Origin: Mizuhopecten yessoensis
Lineage: Eukaryota
Direction of reading: 5' to 3'
DNA length: 64,000 nt
Assembly (NCBI RefSeq): GCF_002113885.1
Contig: NW_018408710.1
Location: 553,902 to 617,901 of the forward strand
The notes under the pieces were generated by a model. That model was given only the letters and a program-made list of their open reading frames with translations, was not told the DNA's origin and did no database searches. Positions 47,801 to 61,400 of the stretch are shown here, one piece after another (the stretch's first letter is position 1; each line of letters opens with the position of its first letter). The translations under genes were made by a program, and so were the position numbers.

Positions 47801-50800
47801 GTTACGTATACTAGTAAATCATTATTAAAGGATGTACGTACAAATGTATCGTGACATACTGTCAAAGTTGCAATGGTCAAATTTGTACAAGTCTTTAAAA
47901 CGGCTTTTTCAATTAACATCCGTCTTTAGCATTACTATTTGACAATTTTTTCAGTCAATGCTATGCAATAAGTTTAAATCCATATCACCTCGATTGACAC
48001 ACTCGGTTACATGAGCTAAATATGATAAATCTTCAAACGACCTTTTCTAGTGAAATATAACCCTAGAGTACCAATACCTCGTTCGTAGCTGATTGGAGAG
48101 CAGTTGTCTCAGAAACAACAAGGGAAGATGGAACTGTGAACAAATCCGTAATTTGAATTTGGCAAAATATAAAGAAATTTTATCCATAGATCACCTAGAA
48201 AGGAATAATGAATATAAGGTTTGAGTATTACTGAAGATAAGCATTTTCTGCCTCACCAACGACCCAGACCATATAGATCTAGGTAAACCGGTGAACAGGT
48301 TCTCAATGTAAGAGCCAAGGAAGGACAACAAATCAAAACGCTCAGTGATTAGCGTAGGCAAAACTGTTCATATTCGTATCGCATAAAGGAAATGTATCTT
48401 TTTCCAATAAGGTCGTCATGGCAACCATTGACGTTGTCCATAGCCTTCATCAAGGTCATCATGGTAACCATAGAAGTTGTCCATAGCCTTCATCAGGTAT
48501 TGTCTCTCGAAACCTGTGTTGTAAGTTTGTTTGTCAGCATTTGACATCAATTGAATTTGTTTAAATGAATATCAATACTCAAAACTCACTGGTGTTAATG
48601 TGTTATTTTCAGGAAAAAATTGTGTTTGATCTAAAGCATACATCTTTAACTTGTAACGTTTTGGCACAAGCTATTAATTTTGTTAATATTATTTTCACCT
48701 CTATTCACGGCAACTGGCGTTAAATGGAAACCTGTTTGTGACTTTACTAATAAACCACCATAAATAATACAGTCGTGATATGTAGACCATATCCATGATC
48801 ACAAGATCAAATATAATATGTTAAAAGTTTCAAACTATTTTCTTCTAATGTATCATGAAGTCTGATTGCTGGTATGATTTATTATTAAGTTTGTTTAAAT
48901 GAATAGCAATTACCATTATTCAAGGTCACTAAAATCGACTATACAGGCTCAATAGACCTCTTATAATTAAATGTCAACGGTGGTCCATTTAAAGTTATTA
49001 ATACCCATTTCTTATACTTGAGATATTATGAAATATCAACGGTTATAATTTAGCTATTATAAATACCTAGAACCATTGCGGCTTGAGTAATGATGTTTGG
49101 TCTTCTGACTGGAGATAAGTGCTATCAGGTTTGTAATTTTTTTCAAATATATAACCTTTGCCCAAATTCACGTTCGGAGTATGAATATGTTTAACCATTT
49201 TTAAAAATGACTTCCTGTTATGGAAGTTGACGTCTAGGAAAATGTTAGTTGAAACGTATCTTGTAGCGATAAACACCAATCAAGTTCGCTCGATAAAATG
49301 ACCCTGAACAACATTCAAGGTCACATGTGTCAACAGTGGTAGTACGTTCAACGTACATTCCCAACAATCGCGTCATAACGATTAGATAACGGTTGAAATG
49401 ATTTGTCTCCTTGGTTTCTTGTTGGTTTTTAGAATCTTGCCAAAACAACTAGGACCGAATTTAGTTGTGTTTGCATGATAAAATTATCTAAAAATGTATT
49501 GTATGTTTGACAAGAAAAATCAATCTCTTTTAATCATGTATTTGTTTAAGTTGTGAAAATGTGACATTTCAAGTGTCTTTTCGTTTGCAAATAAACGAAT
49601 ATTGTAAGGTTACGTTCAAAATGTAACGTAAGAACCCCAGTATTAAGATATGTTATTAATCTAGAAATTGTGCTTTGACGAATTATGATGTTGTGATTTC
49701 TTTATATTAGTAATTCTTTCCATGATTCTTCTTAACTATTTGTAGATGCCATATTATGCCCAATACCCACCTATGGACGTATCCTCAACGACATAGAGGA
49801 GGTAGCCGGCGCTCGTTTCTACAAAGTACCAATGTTTAAGGTATCAACTGTTTGATAATAATGAGGTCACCCTTGGTAATATTAAAACTAGTTCAATCCT
49901 TTCGTAAAGTAAAAAAAACAACAGAAAACCCCCAGAAAAAACAATGGAGAAAATAAAAACATTTTAAGTACACCGTTAATTTAATTTTAATGTCTCCTGT
50001 AAGGAAACCTCGTTAAAAGGATATGAAAAAATAACACCTGAGCGTAAATAGATCTGATTATCTACTTTTCAGGAATGTGGCACTGGAGATGCCGCCGAGT
50101 TGCAAATAAGTGCTATTGAAGAGTATTATAACAAAGCTGTCGACGAGGTAATGTATTAGCAGATTCAAATCAAACACCCATGTGATGACGTAACTCAAAA
50201 TGTTATATTGTGTTAGACTGATATGTAATACCTGATAACCTTAACTACATACACACATATGAAAAATAATATATCATTATGTTATTAATCCACATTTCTG
50301 ATATAAATCATCCTATTTTAACAGGGACTCACCGTGAAAGGGGTTATACTGTGTAATCCTCAAAATCCAACAGGAAAGGTTTACAGCAAAGGCGACATCT
50401 TCAGTCTGCTTGATTTCTGTGCAAGGTATTCAATAGAAACTTGATCACTCTTTGATCAATAGTATTCAATGTGTTATCCATTTTCTTGTTTTATAAAACG
50501 TGAAATTATGAGAACAAGATGTTTAAATAACAGAGGATGTTGTTTTGCTGTAGAAGGAAAAGGAGTAAACAATACCAGTCAGCCAGAGTTAGATTGAATT
50601 CCTAATCAATTGCGATAACGGTGAATTCTGACTCAACTCACACCTATTATGACTGTGTGCCCATGAAGACAAGTTCTTTAGTTTTTAATCTGGGACTTAC
50701 AATTTCACATTGATATCTGACTTAAATGTCCTTAACACTTGTTTAGTGATTTTCAATTCGTATCTTGTGATTTAGTAAGAAAATCCATGCAGTTATCGAC

Positions 50801-53718
50801 GAAATATATGCTCTGTCGTGTTACGACAAACCGCAATTCACCAGTGTTCTACAGTGTGAAATTCCGGATCCCAGTCGTACTCATTTCCTGTGGGGATTCA
50901 GTAAGGTAAGTGTGTAGGTAGTCTCTGTCAAAATAATCTCGTAACTAATGTTTTTTTTTTTAAATATTCAATATTAGCTAAGTATTATCGTATAATATTT
51001 GTTGAGGAATTCAGTTAGATGAAGGGGCGGTCAGAATATGTATAATATCTTATTAAGCATAGAGGTATGTGGGGGAATTAATACTGATGTTATATTCACG
51101 TATATTTATCATGACATAATAAGCTCTATAGATTAAAATATCACCTATTTTAGCTGTTTTTACCGAAAATATGTATATATAGTACAAATTTCACTGCATC
51201 ATCATTCATAGCTATTAATAAAATCCAAAAACAGTTTACGAAATCACTTTTAATGTATTGTTATGTTATGTTGTTTTAAGTATGTTATGTTGTTTTAAGA
51301 ATTTATTTTCCTGTTAATGAATTTTCTTCCGCGCAGGATCTTTCGCTTTCAGGCTTTAGATGTGGGATGATATATAGTGAAAATACACGACTACTAGATT
51401 ACGTCCGAAAAGTATCCATGTTCTGCTCAATTCCTGCCCCAGTTCAAATTATTTTGAATGCCATCATATCTGACACTGGTAAGTTAAAAAAAAACACGCA
51501 GATTTTAAAAATAAATTTAAAGCCAGTTTCATATTTATACTTTTAAAATGAATTACAAAAAAGAATATAACCACGTCATTGCTTTCAAGAAAAATGAATG
51601 CTTTTTATAATAAAACACTATCTAGATGTTCAAAGTCAAACATTCGCTATTTACAAAGAGAGACTACTTCTTGCATACCATGAATCAATCTGCTTATCTT
51701 CATCTATGTGAATGAAGTGTTCGTCATGGTTAAGAGCATTTGTATTAAGCAGATCAGGTTTTCGGTGACTTTTCTAGATCTGTATGGAAACATAATAAAG
51801 TTAGACACATGTGGTATATAAAAAGATTACCCTTTCAGCAGTATGTCGTTTTGATATGGTTTTATTCTAGCGATATTTGCTCTCTTCTTTTTTATTTGGT
51901 TCCTCCTCTGTTCCTTTGTTGTCTTTCTGACTTTGTGTTCCGATTTTGTCTTTGTATTGTGTTTTGACGATGTGGTCCATGATCCATTGATTGCGATACT
52001 ATTATCTCGAGAAGTCATCTATTTCAGGAATTTGTAAGTTGATGCACAAGTCCAAACAAAGTAACTTTTTTCTGCACTGTATGATCATTTAGTCTATATA
52101 TAGCTCGTCAGACCAAACGAATGAAAATCAATGTCTTAATGCTCCGAAATACAAATAGAAATAGAGGAAAAGGGGAAAGCCGGAAGTTGTTTATAAATCT
52201 CCCAATATGGATTCATATGTACAATTTTTCTTCTTTCTTTTCTTTGAAGCACTTTTCATCACTGAATTTCTCTAACATTGCTAAATGTGTAGATTAACAT
52301 GCATTTAAAGCGAACCATATGCAGAAAATAATTCTAAAAGAAATCTTTTATAAATATCTTTCATGTTAAATGTTTTGTTCTATCTTCATTTATGCATGTT
52401 TAATGCTATTTTGAGCAATTGACATATGGCCATCGTAATTTTAATAGTTTTGTTGATATCTGTTAGGCCGCTTTTTATTCAGAATGGCTAGACACGGTTT
52501 ACTTCCCAACGTACCAAAAGCGACAACGGCAACATTTTGAAATCGCAAGTGATGGTTTAGAAAAGATAGGGATACCATTCTACCGAGGAACCGCCGGGAG
52601 CTACATCTGGATGAATCTGACGAAGGTTTGTATGTATCAGTAAACTAAATAAGGTTTGCATATGGTAGAAATCTAAATAGGATTCGTATATTTCTGAAAT
52701 ATAACGAAGCTTAACATGTGTAATGTGATAAGAAACTTAGATATGTTATTGTTGTTTTACTTTTTGTAGTACCTACCACACAAAACAAGTGAAGAGGAAC
52801 TAGCTTTGTTCCATAAGTTTCTTCAAGGTGGAGTGTACTTGTGTCCTGGTAAAGAAATGTTCTCCCCTTTCCCCGGATGGTTTCGTCTCACCTTCACAAC
52901 GTACAAAGATCACGTTAAAGAAGGTAAGTTTAGTGTGCACAGTTTATTCAGATTATCAAAATGACAAAATTATTTCCTTACAAATTGCATAGCAATATTG
53001 ATTTGTAATTTAATTCAAAACGCCGTACACCTTATCACTACTTGCATTTTACACGAATCTATTCTATGTGCCATTTGTTAGCTAACGAAACCCAGATACC
53101 AGTCAGATAATTGCATAGAACTCTAACGTAGCATTCGCCCTTCAAGCCATGTTGTCAACGGTATCTTAATTTGACACACATGCTTTAGTCTGACGTGGTG
53201 TAGTAGTAAAACGTAAGAAAAACCACATTAAGTGCACCGGATGTGGATATAACAGTTCATGAACTCTTGTCACGATGCTGGAGGCCAAAATAATGAATGT
53301 GCAAAAGTTTAAATCACACTCATAAGACAAATGAAGAGGAAAGATGACGAGCGAGATGGAAATCTAACACATATCTGAGAAACGCTGAGCAAGAATACGA
53401 CAGTGATTGGTACTGTGTCAATGACTGACGAGATGAAAATCTAACACATATCTGAGAAAGGATGAGAAACAATACGACAGTGATCGGTGCTGAGCCTTTC
53501 ATTGTGAGATAAAAACCTAATCAGAAAAAACGCTTGAGGAATAACTGATGCTTTCCGAAAAAAGAATAACTAATCTCGTTTAAATTTTCATACAGTACCA
53601 TAACAAATTATACAAATATTAAATATGAAGATGTTTGACGTTTTCATGTTCTATTTTAGGGTTGAAGAGGATGGAGAAGGTCCTGTCAACCTTGTTGATT
53701 CCTAAAAGCACACTGTAG
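44865..53718 (+). CDS. ACCS: 1-aminocyclopropane-1-carboxylate synthase-like PLP enzyme (ACCS family), paralog B, about 426 aa
   Basis: Exons: 44865-44978, 45275-45334, 46370-46440, 46903-46972, 47730-47796, 49746-49840, 50073-50147, 50325-50425, 50776-50905, 51337-51478, 52483-52625, 52770-52923, 53660-53718 (1281 nt). Motifs GIVNLGTIENK, PIPTYG, CNPQNPTG, IDEIYA, WGFSKDLSLSGFRCG, PGWFR. Exon 1-12 lengths are identical to paralog A. Confidence 0.92.
53345..53490. repeat. About 80-bp tandem duplication in last intron of ACCS paralog B
   Basis: CGAGATG.AAATCTAACACATATCTGAGAAA...AATACGACAGTGAT.GGT.CTG occurs twice. Confidence 0.7.
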
Positions 53719-55692
53719 TTCCCGTGAATTTATATGCATCATTAGTCCGATGAATTTAGAAATACTCTGACTGTTCAAACAGTACATCAAGGAAAAAATC
53801 TATTTACAACATGATGTTTTTTCTGCGGGAAATGAATTGCACCTAAGCGATTGAATATTTACCGTTACAAAATATGATCGAAGTCAGTTGAAATGAGAAT
53901 CACTCTAGATTTACTACTTTGTAACCAATATGCAAAATGATACACTGAGAACCACTCTGATCCTTTGATACATCAAATATAAAAGTCAACTATCGGAACC
54001 ACTGTTTCTGTGAAACCCAGTGTAGGTTAATACACTTTAAAAAACGGTGCTTCTGAAATAAACTTTGTATAAATATGTACTCTTAGTATATATTTGTTCC
54101 TGTGTTACAATATGTACAATAATAGCTCTCAGAATGAGGTTTGTTTGTTTTTCTTTTTTTATCATTTGTTTTCTTTTCTTTTGATTTGATTTGATTTTTT
54201 GTTATTTTTTGAAAATGAAATACTGTTTATACAATAAAGAATTCTGAGAAACGAACCGTTCCTTAATGAAAATATTTATTCAAACAATGTATTTTTAATT
54301 TAATTTATTTTACGAAATAAATACATATGTGTAAGATGGTAACTTAATTTATAATCGGGTCACTCGGAGTAAATCATTACAAACTGTGTTATGTATATCA
54401 TATACGTTGGCTATTGTGTATTCGATAGGGATGTCCCGATTCTAGAACAACACACAGCTATTGACCATCTGTTATCTATTTATAATTATCGCATGTAAAT
54501 GGGATGGTCAAACTCTCATCATAGAGAAAAATAGCACGTTTTCGGCTAATAAAGTCATCATACCTTATGGTCAAGCTTGATCAATCAGCATAATGCGCAC
54601 ACATGATCAACTGGTAAGGCCATCATGCCCTAAGGTAAAGGGACCTAGCTTGACTAATTAGCGAAGCGCGCACTTCTGGAAGAGTCCCCTCTGTATCACT
54701 TCGATAAAAGATATACTGTTGCGGAGCTCCACACGGTTTTGGACTAATAAATTGTGCTTGAGCCATTGTTTCCTTAAAATCCTACACTTATCCCAACCCC
54801 ATTTTTATGTAAGTCTTGAGCCAGCTTATATTTTAATTGTTGATTATTATTTGTATTATTGCATATCATTTGTACCCCACCTTTGATGTTGCATATAAAC
54901 AGAAGTAAATGCACTTCTGATCTATGTAGTATCCAACATAACTAATATTTAATAATACAAATTGTGAACTTGTAGTGTCACAACTTTGTTCTTTTCAGTA
55001 ATAAATGACCATTTAACGACAATTCTATCTTCTGTTGTTTTTGTGTCTTAATTCATATGACGCAATCTCTAAACATGTAACCTTGTTAACACAAAGATTG
55101 TTTTCAAAGTGTTTCTAAATCCAAAGCACAATTTAAATACAAATTCCATAGATATGTGGATTACGATTTAGAGGAAATTCGTTTCTCGTAAACGGATTCT
55201 TATGTTTGTAAATTGAATCGTAGCTTTAAATATGAGATCCAATTATAGATACCTCAACGGACAGAGTATCCCACTTCCCATACATTCTAAAAGTGATACA
55301 TATGTACTATCACATGCTGAAGGTGTTTAGCCCTGTTCAACGAAAACACATATAGTTTAAATTTGAACCACGTGTGTTACTTCAACTGTGACGCCATATG
55401 GAGCGAAGAAATGGTGTCATATATTCAACAAATACATGCCAGCATTTTCTTTTGCGCTTTGATGTCAAGTGATTTACACTGTATGTCGTTTGAGACAATT
55501 TTGCGATGCGTGTACTTCGAAATATCTCGTATGTCCATAGTTTCTATGACGTGCAAAACTACATTAACAAAGAACGAGTTCGTAATCCTCTAAATATAAT
55601 CAAACACATGAGCTATAAAACGCAAACTTTATTACTTCCAATTAAGAAGATAGTCACAAGTATCACAGACCTTAACAGCTGAAAGACATCTG

Positions 55693-55901
55693 TGGTTAGG
55701 TTCATGTATATGTTTATAAATAAAACAAGTATAATTTTAATGTAGAAATAATAGTTGCAAGAATCAATGACATCAAACATCACATGAATTAAAAACATGG
55801 TTAGGTTCATGTATATGTTTATAAATAAAACAAGTATAATTTAATGTAGAAAGAATAGTTGCAAGAATCAATGACATCAAACATCACATGAATTAAAAAC
55901 A
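55693..55901. repeat. About 105-bp near-identical tandem duplication
   Basis: TGGTTAGGTTCATGTATATG...CACATGAATTAAAAACA occurs twice with about 2 differences. Confidence 0.85.
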
Positions 55902-56114
55902 AACAATACTTATGCACGTATCAGCTTTAACATCATCACCATGCCCTTAGGTTCGTGTACAGCTGATAAGTGTGAACTAAAGCTATATCCCGATTACAAG
56001 AATACAAATCAAACAGTGAAGCTCTGGATGCCAACAAACTACTACTCAATATACGTTAGGTAACATAATAACGTATGTAATACAATGTACGTGATATAAG
56101 TAATAAAGGATATT

Positions 56115-56232
56115 TATTTCTTGATGAACAGTTATATTTCACGAGTTGGGAGAAAAATGGGATTTTTGACGCGTATCACGATTGAAAGGTGTTTGACCAA
56201 GATAGAAATATAATTGTTATTCATCAAGAAAT
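56115..56232. mobile_element. Short fold-back element
   Basis: TTTCTTGATGAACAGTTATATTTC / GAAATATAATTGTTATTCATCAAGAAA inverted arms. Confidence 0.5.
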
Positions 56233-56277
56233 CAACAATATTCTGTTTCTTACGTTTTATAACCCAGGAAACATCAG

Positions 56278-56511
56278 GCCCCAATTGCTCAAATGTAACA
56301 TTTAACAAATAGTTGGGGAAATTTCAAATATAAAAGCAACAAAAGCAAGAGCATCTGCTATCATTTCACTATCATACATTGGTTCAGACAAATAAGATTT
56401 ATGTGTTTTGTGAATTTCTTTTGCTCTAAGACCTCTTGCTTCTTATTTGCATCAATTTGACTATTTTACGAAGCACTGGTTAAAGTTAACCAATCTTTGA
56501 GGAACTGGAGC
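56278..56511. mobile_element. MITE, Harbinger-like, CAG target-site duplication
   Basis: CAG|GCCCCAATTGCTCAAA ... TTTGAGGAACTGGAGC|CAG. Confidence 0.6.
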
Positions 56512-58455
56512 CAGGGCGTAGGTGACGTCCCAGTTAACAAAGGCCATTGGTTGTTATTTGTTCACACCAAATGCACCTGTCTGATTGGTCAGTTGAGTGT
56601 GAATAATCATGATAAATTCATAGTAGAAAAATATTAACTTTATTTTTATTCCAAACACCATATTTCAATGGTACAACAATGTCTGAACATGTAATATCCT
56701 TTTCTAATTTTAATGTCGCAAAACAACAATGTAAGAACGTTCAGTAAGATTACATAGACAATTTGGCACCACCCGAGGAGCATCATTACTTTGGTAAAAT
56801 GATAAACAGAAGTTAAAATCTCCTTACGTTGTATTTTGCTTAACTAGTCCTGGCATTATAAATTCAACGATTAAATAAATAAAAAGTTCTGAACCCGTAT
56901 TAAAAATTAGATATGGAATGAAAAATATTTTAATTTCTTATGATAAATATTTACATATCAATCGAATATTAATATATTAAACGTATAGTACTATTATTGC
57001 AAGGCATTTAGTAAACACACATTGAGCAATTTTATCCTGTAACCGTTACATTACTGTTTAACAGAGAATAAAATATCGATAATGGTTATGGAGCATTTGT
57101 TCGATAAACAATACTGCTATGATGATAAAAAAAATTCAGACAGAATGAAGAATCAACCATAATATCCTATCGTCATTTGCATGCATCATTTGGCAAAAAG
57201 CTTTTCTAAAGATCAGCCAATCTGCCATGCTGTAAACAACTTTTAGCTGATTTAGTTTTTAATTATTCTGCTATGATATTTTATACAGAATCTAGTCCGG
57301 TAATCCAACTTCGAGAGGTAGCTTTTACTAAACCAAACATAAACGTATGTTGTTAAGGGGTAACTCACATTGGCTGAGTGTCTTTCAGAAAATTACAGAA
57401 CTATAGTTATCCCCCTTTACACACTTATTGATACCATTGCTTGGTTATCTAATGATGGGAATTTTACACGATTGTCAATATCAATACACATGAAAATCTC
57501 ATGATGTGCATGTACATGTATCTACCTTACTCGTAATGCCATTTGTCAGTTACAGTTAAATTAGAACAATCCGAATCTGTTTATTGATTACAGCATATTA
57601 AAATGTATATAAACAACGCTTATACTTCAAAATGGGATTTTTTTTAATACCTTCATATTTGATGATATAACTGTTGATACTGTTAGTGTTTCGATGATAG
57701 CGATATGTCGATATTCCGGAAGTACTCTGCTGAGGACATACTCTTGCCCAGCCCTCGGTCAACTTGTGTTAAATATTAAATAGTTAATATTGGTTATTTG
57801 ATATAGATAATTTATCTGAGTTTAAGCCAAATATGTAGATGGCGCCTTTAATAGATTTGATCTTTGACCCTTGCATTTTAAGGATGCAAATGTTGCCAAA
57901 TGCCAAATAACAATGAATAAATAAATAAATATAACCACTGACCCATTTTCTTTGTTGCATAAAGATGACATACTATTGTCATTAGAAGAAATACGAAGTG
58001 TTTATTCTATTTTGAAATTTAGTAAAATGAAACACTGAGTATAGTGTTTACGCTACACATAATTTTCGAATATTCGAAATACTTCAGTGCTACCTTGTCG
58101 GTATTATGCGATATCAGATCCAGATAAAGAAGTGGCAATACAGGAATTTCATACCTTTAAATAATACATAAAAACAAAATGTCCTTAAAAATATTTAAAA
58201 AGGATATATTTCTACAATATTTCTACAGATACCAGTAATATGGAAAAGCATAACATTAGAAATACATAAAAATATCCTTTACCTGGCTGATTTATCAGAC
58301 AAATGAATAAATCGCTATTCACACGTCGGAAATTTTATGATAAATTTCCAACTGTTTACAACGTGCAATATGTCTCAGTAGTATGATTCTTATCACATAC
58401 ATAGATATTTCCCTGAATACGACCCTGAATAGCAATAAGGAATACATATATACAG

Positions 58456-61400
58456 TTACGCATCTATGTCATAATCGGTCTTTCCTATATCGACCTTGAC
58501 TGGGTTTCCGTCGGGCGTTTTAATCCATTGTCGTTCATTAGTCTTTGTGCTATATTCATAGACTTGGCCAGAGGCTGGATGGATTAAATACACACAAAAT
58601 GTTTCCGTTAGAATTTTAAAAGTAGAATAAAGAAAAGAAAAGAAAACAATATGGTTATAAAAATAAACCGCTAAAAGAATCTGTGTATATATAGATCATG
58701 TTTATCGTCATCAAGAACCACGCTAGTGTTTCATAAAAATTGCGTGATCAGGTCTAAAGAATTGTAAACGTGCTATGTTTATCATCTATTGTGTCCGAAT
58801 AATTGGGAGCTTTCTTTTTCCTCTTTTACAATATTTAGTTTTCAACCAACATAACCAATATGTATATCAATAACATCCCACTTTGCAAAAAAATACACAT
58901 CCTGTGCTGCTTCCGAGCAAGTTTTAAAAAATCACAATTAATCCGGATTATTACATTTTTGTATGATAAAAAATGATAGGAACAGTAGTTAAAGAGAATG
59001 TCTGTAGGCACTTGCAATCAGCATCAATGTAATCTGTTCCTTTTACGAAATTTTAATCATTTATTTTTTACCTTGGTCGACCGCTCTTCCATCAAATTCA
59101 CGATTGGTAATAACAAAATCACCCTTCTTTTGCCAAGCATTGATATCTCCTCCTGGCTCTACGACAAACGCTGTACTTACAGGAGCTTTACTGCTGAATG
59201 CCTACAATATACATATACACGGTCATGAGATATATTCTTCTTCTTCTTTTCTGCTTGAAATACATTCAAATTGTAAAATGTCAAAATAGACAAAATGAAA
59301 GACAATTATGTAAAAAATATAAACTAACAATGTAATACGTTACAACTTGCATTGTTTTCAATATATTTCTTTATAAAAGATTTTTAGACGGTTTTCAACA
59401 TAAAAAATCTTCATGTCTTTTTTTGTCAATAACATGCCTGCAGAAATGAATTAGGTACTTATTGCTTCATACATTGAATTTAAATGTACGAAATCCAAGA
59501 CAATATGTTGCTTCACGAAGTGCCTGAAGCCATACCAAACTAACAATTTTGCTATGAATACCACCGATCATGTGGAGACAACAATGTAAGACGACTTTGA
59601 TGTAAAGCATGCTATTTACATACTTACCGACGCTGCCGCCACTGCTTGTAGCTTTGCCCGTCGCCCTTGGCCTAAAGTAGTTAAAGTTATGATTAATAAA
59701 TAGCAGAAAAACACTTTCAAGATACAGTGACACGATATGCCAGTCGTAAAACATTAGTTTTATTTTAAGGAAAAACAAGATTACACTGTATCTGATTAGT
59801 ATAAAAAGTCATAAGGCCATTGGACAAACCATTGCATCTCCATCATGAAATTCCTTTCCCTTTCGAGTATGTCTTTGAATGCCAATGTGTTCTATACAGC
59901 AGGAATAACTGGCTGGATGATAGTTTTCAATATTGTTATTGTTGTTAAGAAACATGATTATTTATTTCACGTTGATCGATCATGATTTAGTGGTGCGAGT
60001 CCTTTGATGTAAAACGGTTATTAGGAGGAAGCAATGTGCAAACATAACTGATTGAATAAATATGAGGGACGTACATATAAGTTTAAATGACCTTACGTGA
60101 ATATGGTGGCGGCCGCTTGTTTGAGGAATACACGTCATCTGATTCTTCAACCTCAGCTCTCGGTTTAGTACTGTTGGAACTAGCTGCCGCGTCTGCAGTT
60201 CTGTTAACACAAAAAGATGTTTAGTGTTTCTGTATTTTCCCCCTCTAAGAAACGTATGTGTAATAGGGTTGATTTCAATACCGCGTCTACCGTTAGTTGT
60301 TCTGTTTCGGTATATATAGAGTTGTGCGAAACCACACCTTTGCGTCGTATACAAGAGCCGCTAATGTTATATATACCTGTGTATGTATGGCCAATTAACC
60401 TGTGTGACGTCATCGATGTATGTGTTCAGGTATTGTGTCGTTTTAGTTGTGGTCAGTTTTGTCCTTGTTTGGCGGGATATAAATAGAGGCAGCCATTGCC
60501 GACAGACGGACAAATGACGTTGTCGTTTTGATACAGATTTTAGGTAGGTTCTTACATAAATATATTCGTGCAATTAAAGCACTTCTGTTTTAAGCAATCT
60601 AGTATGAATCATTTATAATCAAATTGTATGTTAACGACGTTTATATATCTAAATATATAAAGTCCACTATTTAATCACGGATAAGTAATGTTTTATGAAT
60701 GAATTCAGTTGTCCTTATAATTCATGAATCGTAAGGTGATCTATAATATATAGCATTGCTTTATTAGTTGTTTATTATATTTTCAGTTGATACATTGTCC
60801 TGGTAGTCCAGACGAAAGTCTTACTAATATCCCTGACCCATTGTCAGGGTAGGTGTCAGAATACTCATGTATTGATCGCTAAGTATATGTAAATGTTATA
60901 TATAAAAGTATTAAGTATTTATCATTAACTATTTATATGCATCAAGTAACATAATAACAGCATATCGCTGTAATGACTTGTATGCCCAGATATTGCATAT
61001 CGTGGTTCATAGTAAATATATTTATGTAATGTATGTTAAACTCTCAGTTAAGATAATATGTAATCGTGATAAATATATATCAACTAGTAATGTACAACTG
61101 CTTGTGAGATTAGATAATTATATATTTTATTCCTTTACGTTGAAGGGTCTTTTCTGTATTCATTGAATAAAAGACCGGAACATGAAAGTAGTATCTTCCC
61201 TCGTTTTTACAAATGTAACAAACATACATATTTACATACATGCTTGCATATCCATTTTTGCAATATTATTTGTTTTGTATTAAGAAATCATCGTGTAAAT
61301 AGTTAATTGAGATAACTCTAAATAACTTCTCGGTTTATAAATTATTGAACAACAATTGCGGATTGTCAAGTCTACCTTGTATCCCTGTAGTACTTGACGA

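Noticed and set aside
30456-53718. Ethylene biosynthesis in an animal
   Set aside because: Family name only. The human homolog lacks ACC synthase activity, the PYY motif is altered here and no ACC oxidase is present in the window.
60825-60878. Possible frame-preserving 54-nt alternative cadherin exon (AG...GTAAGA)
   Set aside because: Weak acceptor, not needed for phase and no homology support; needs RNA-seq.
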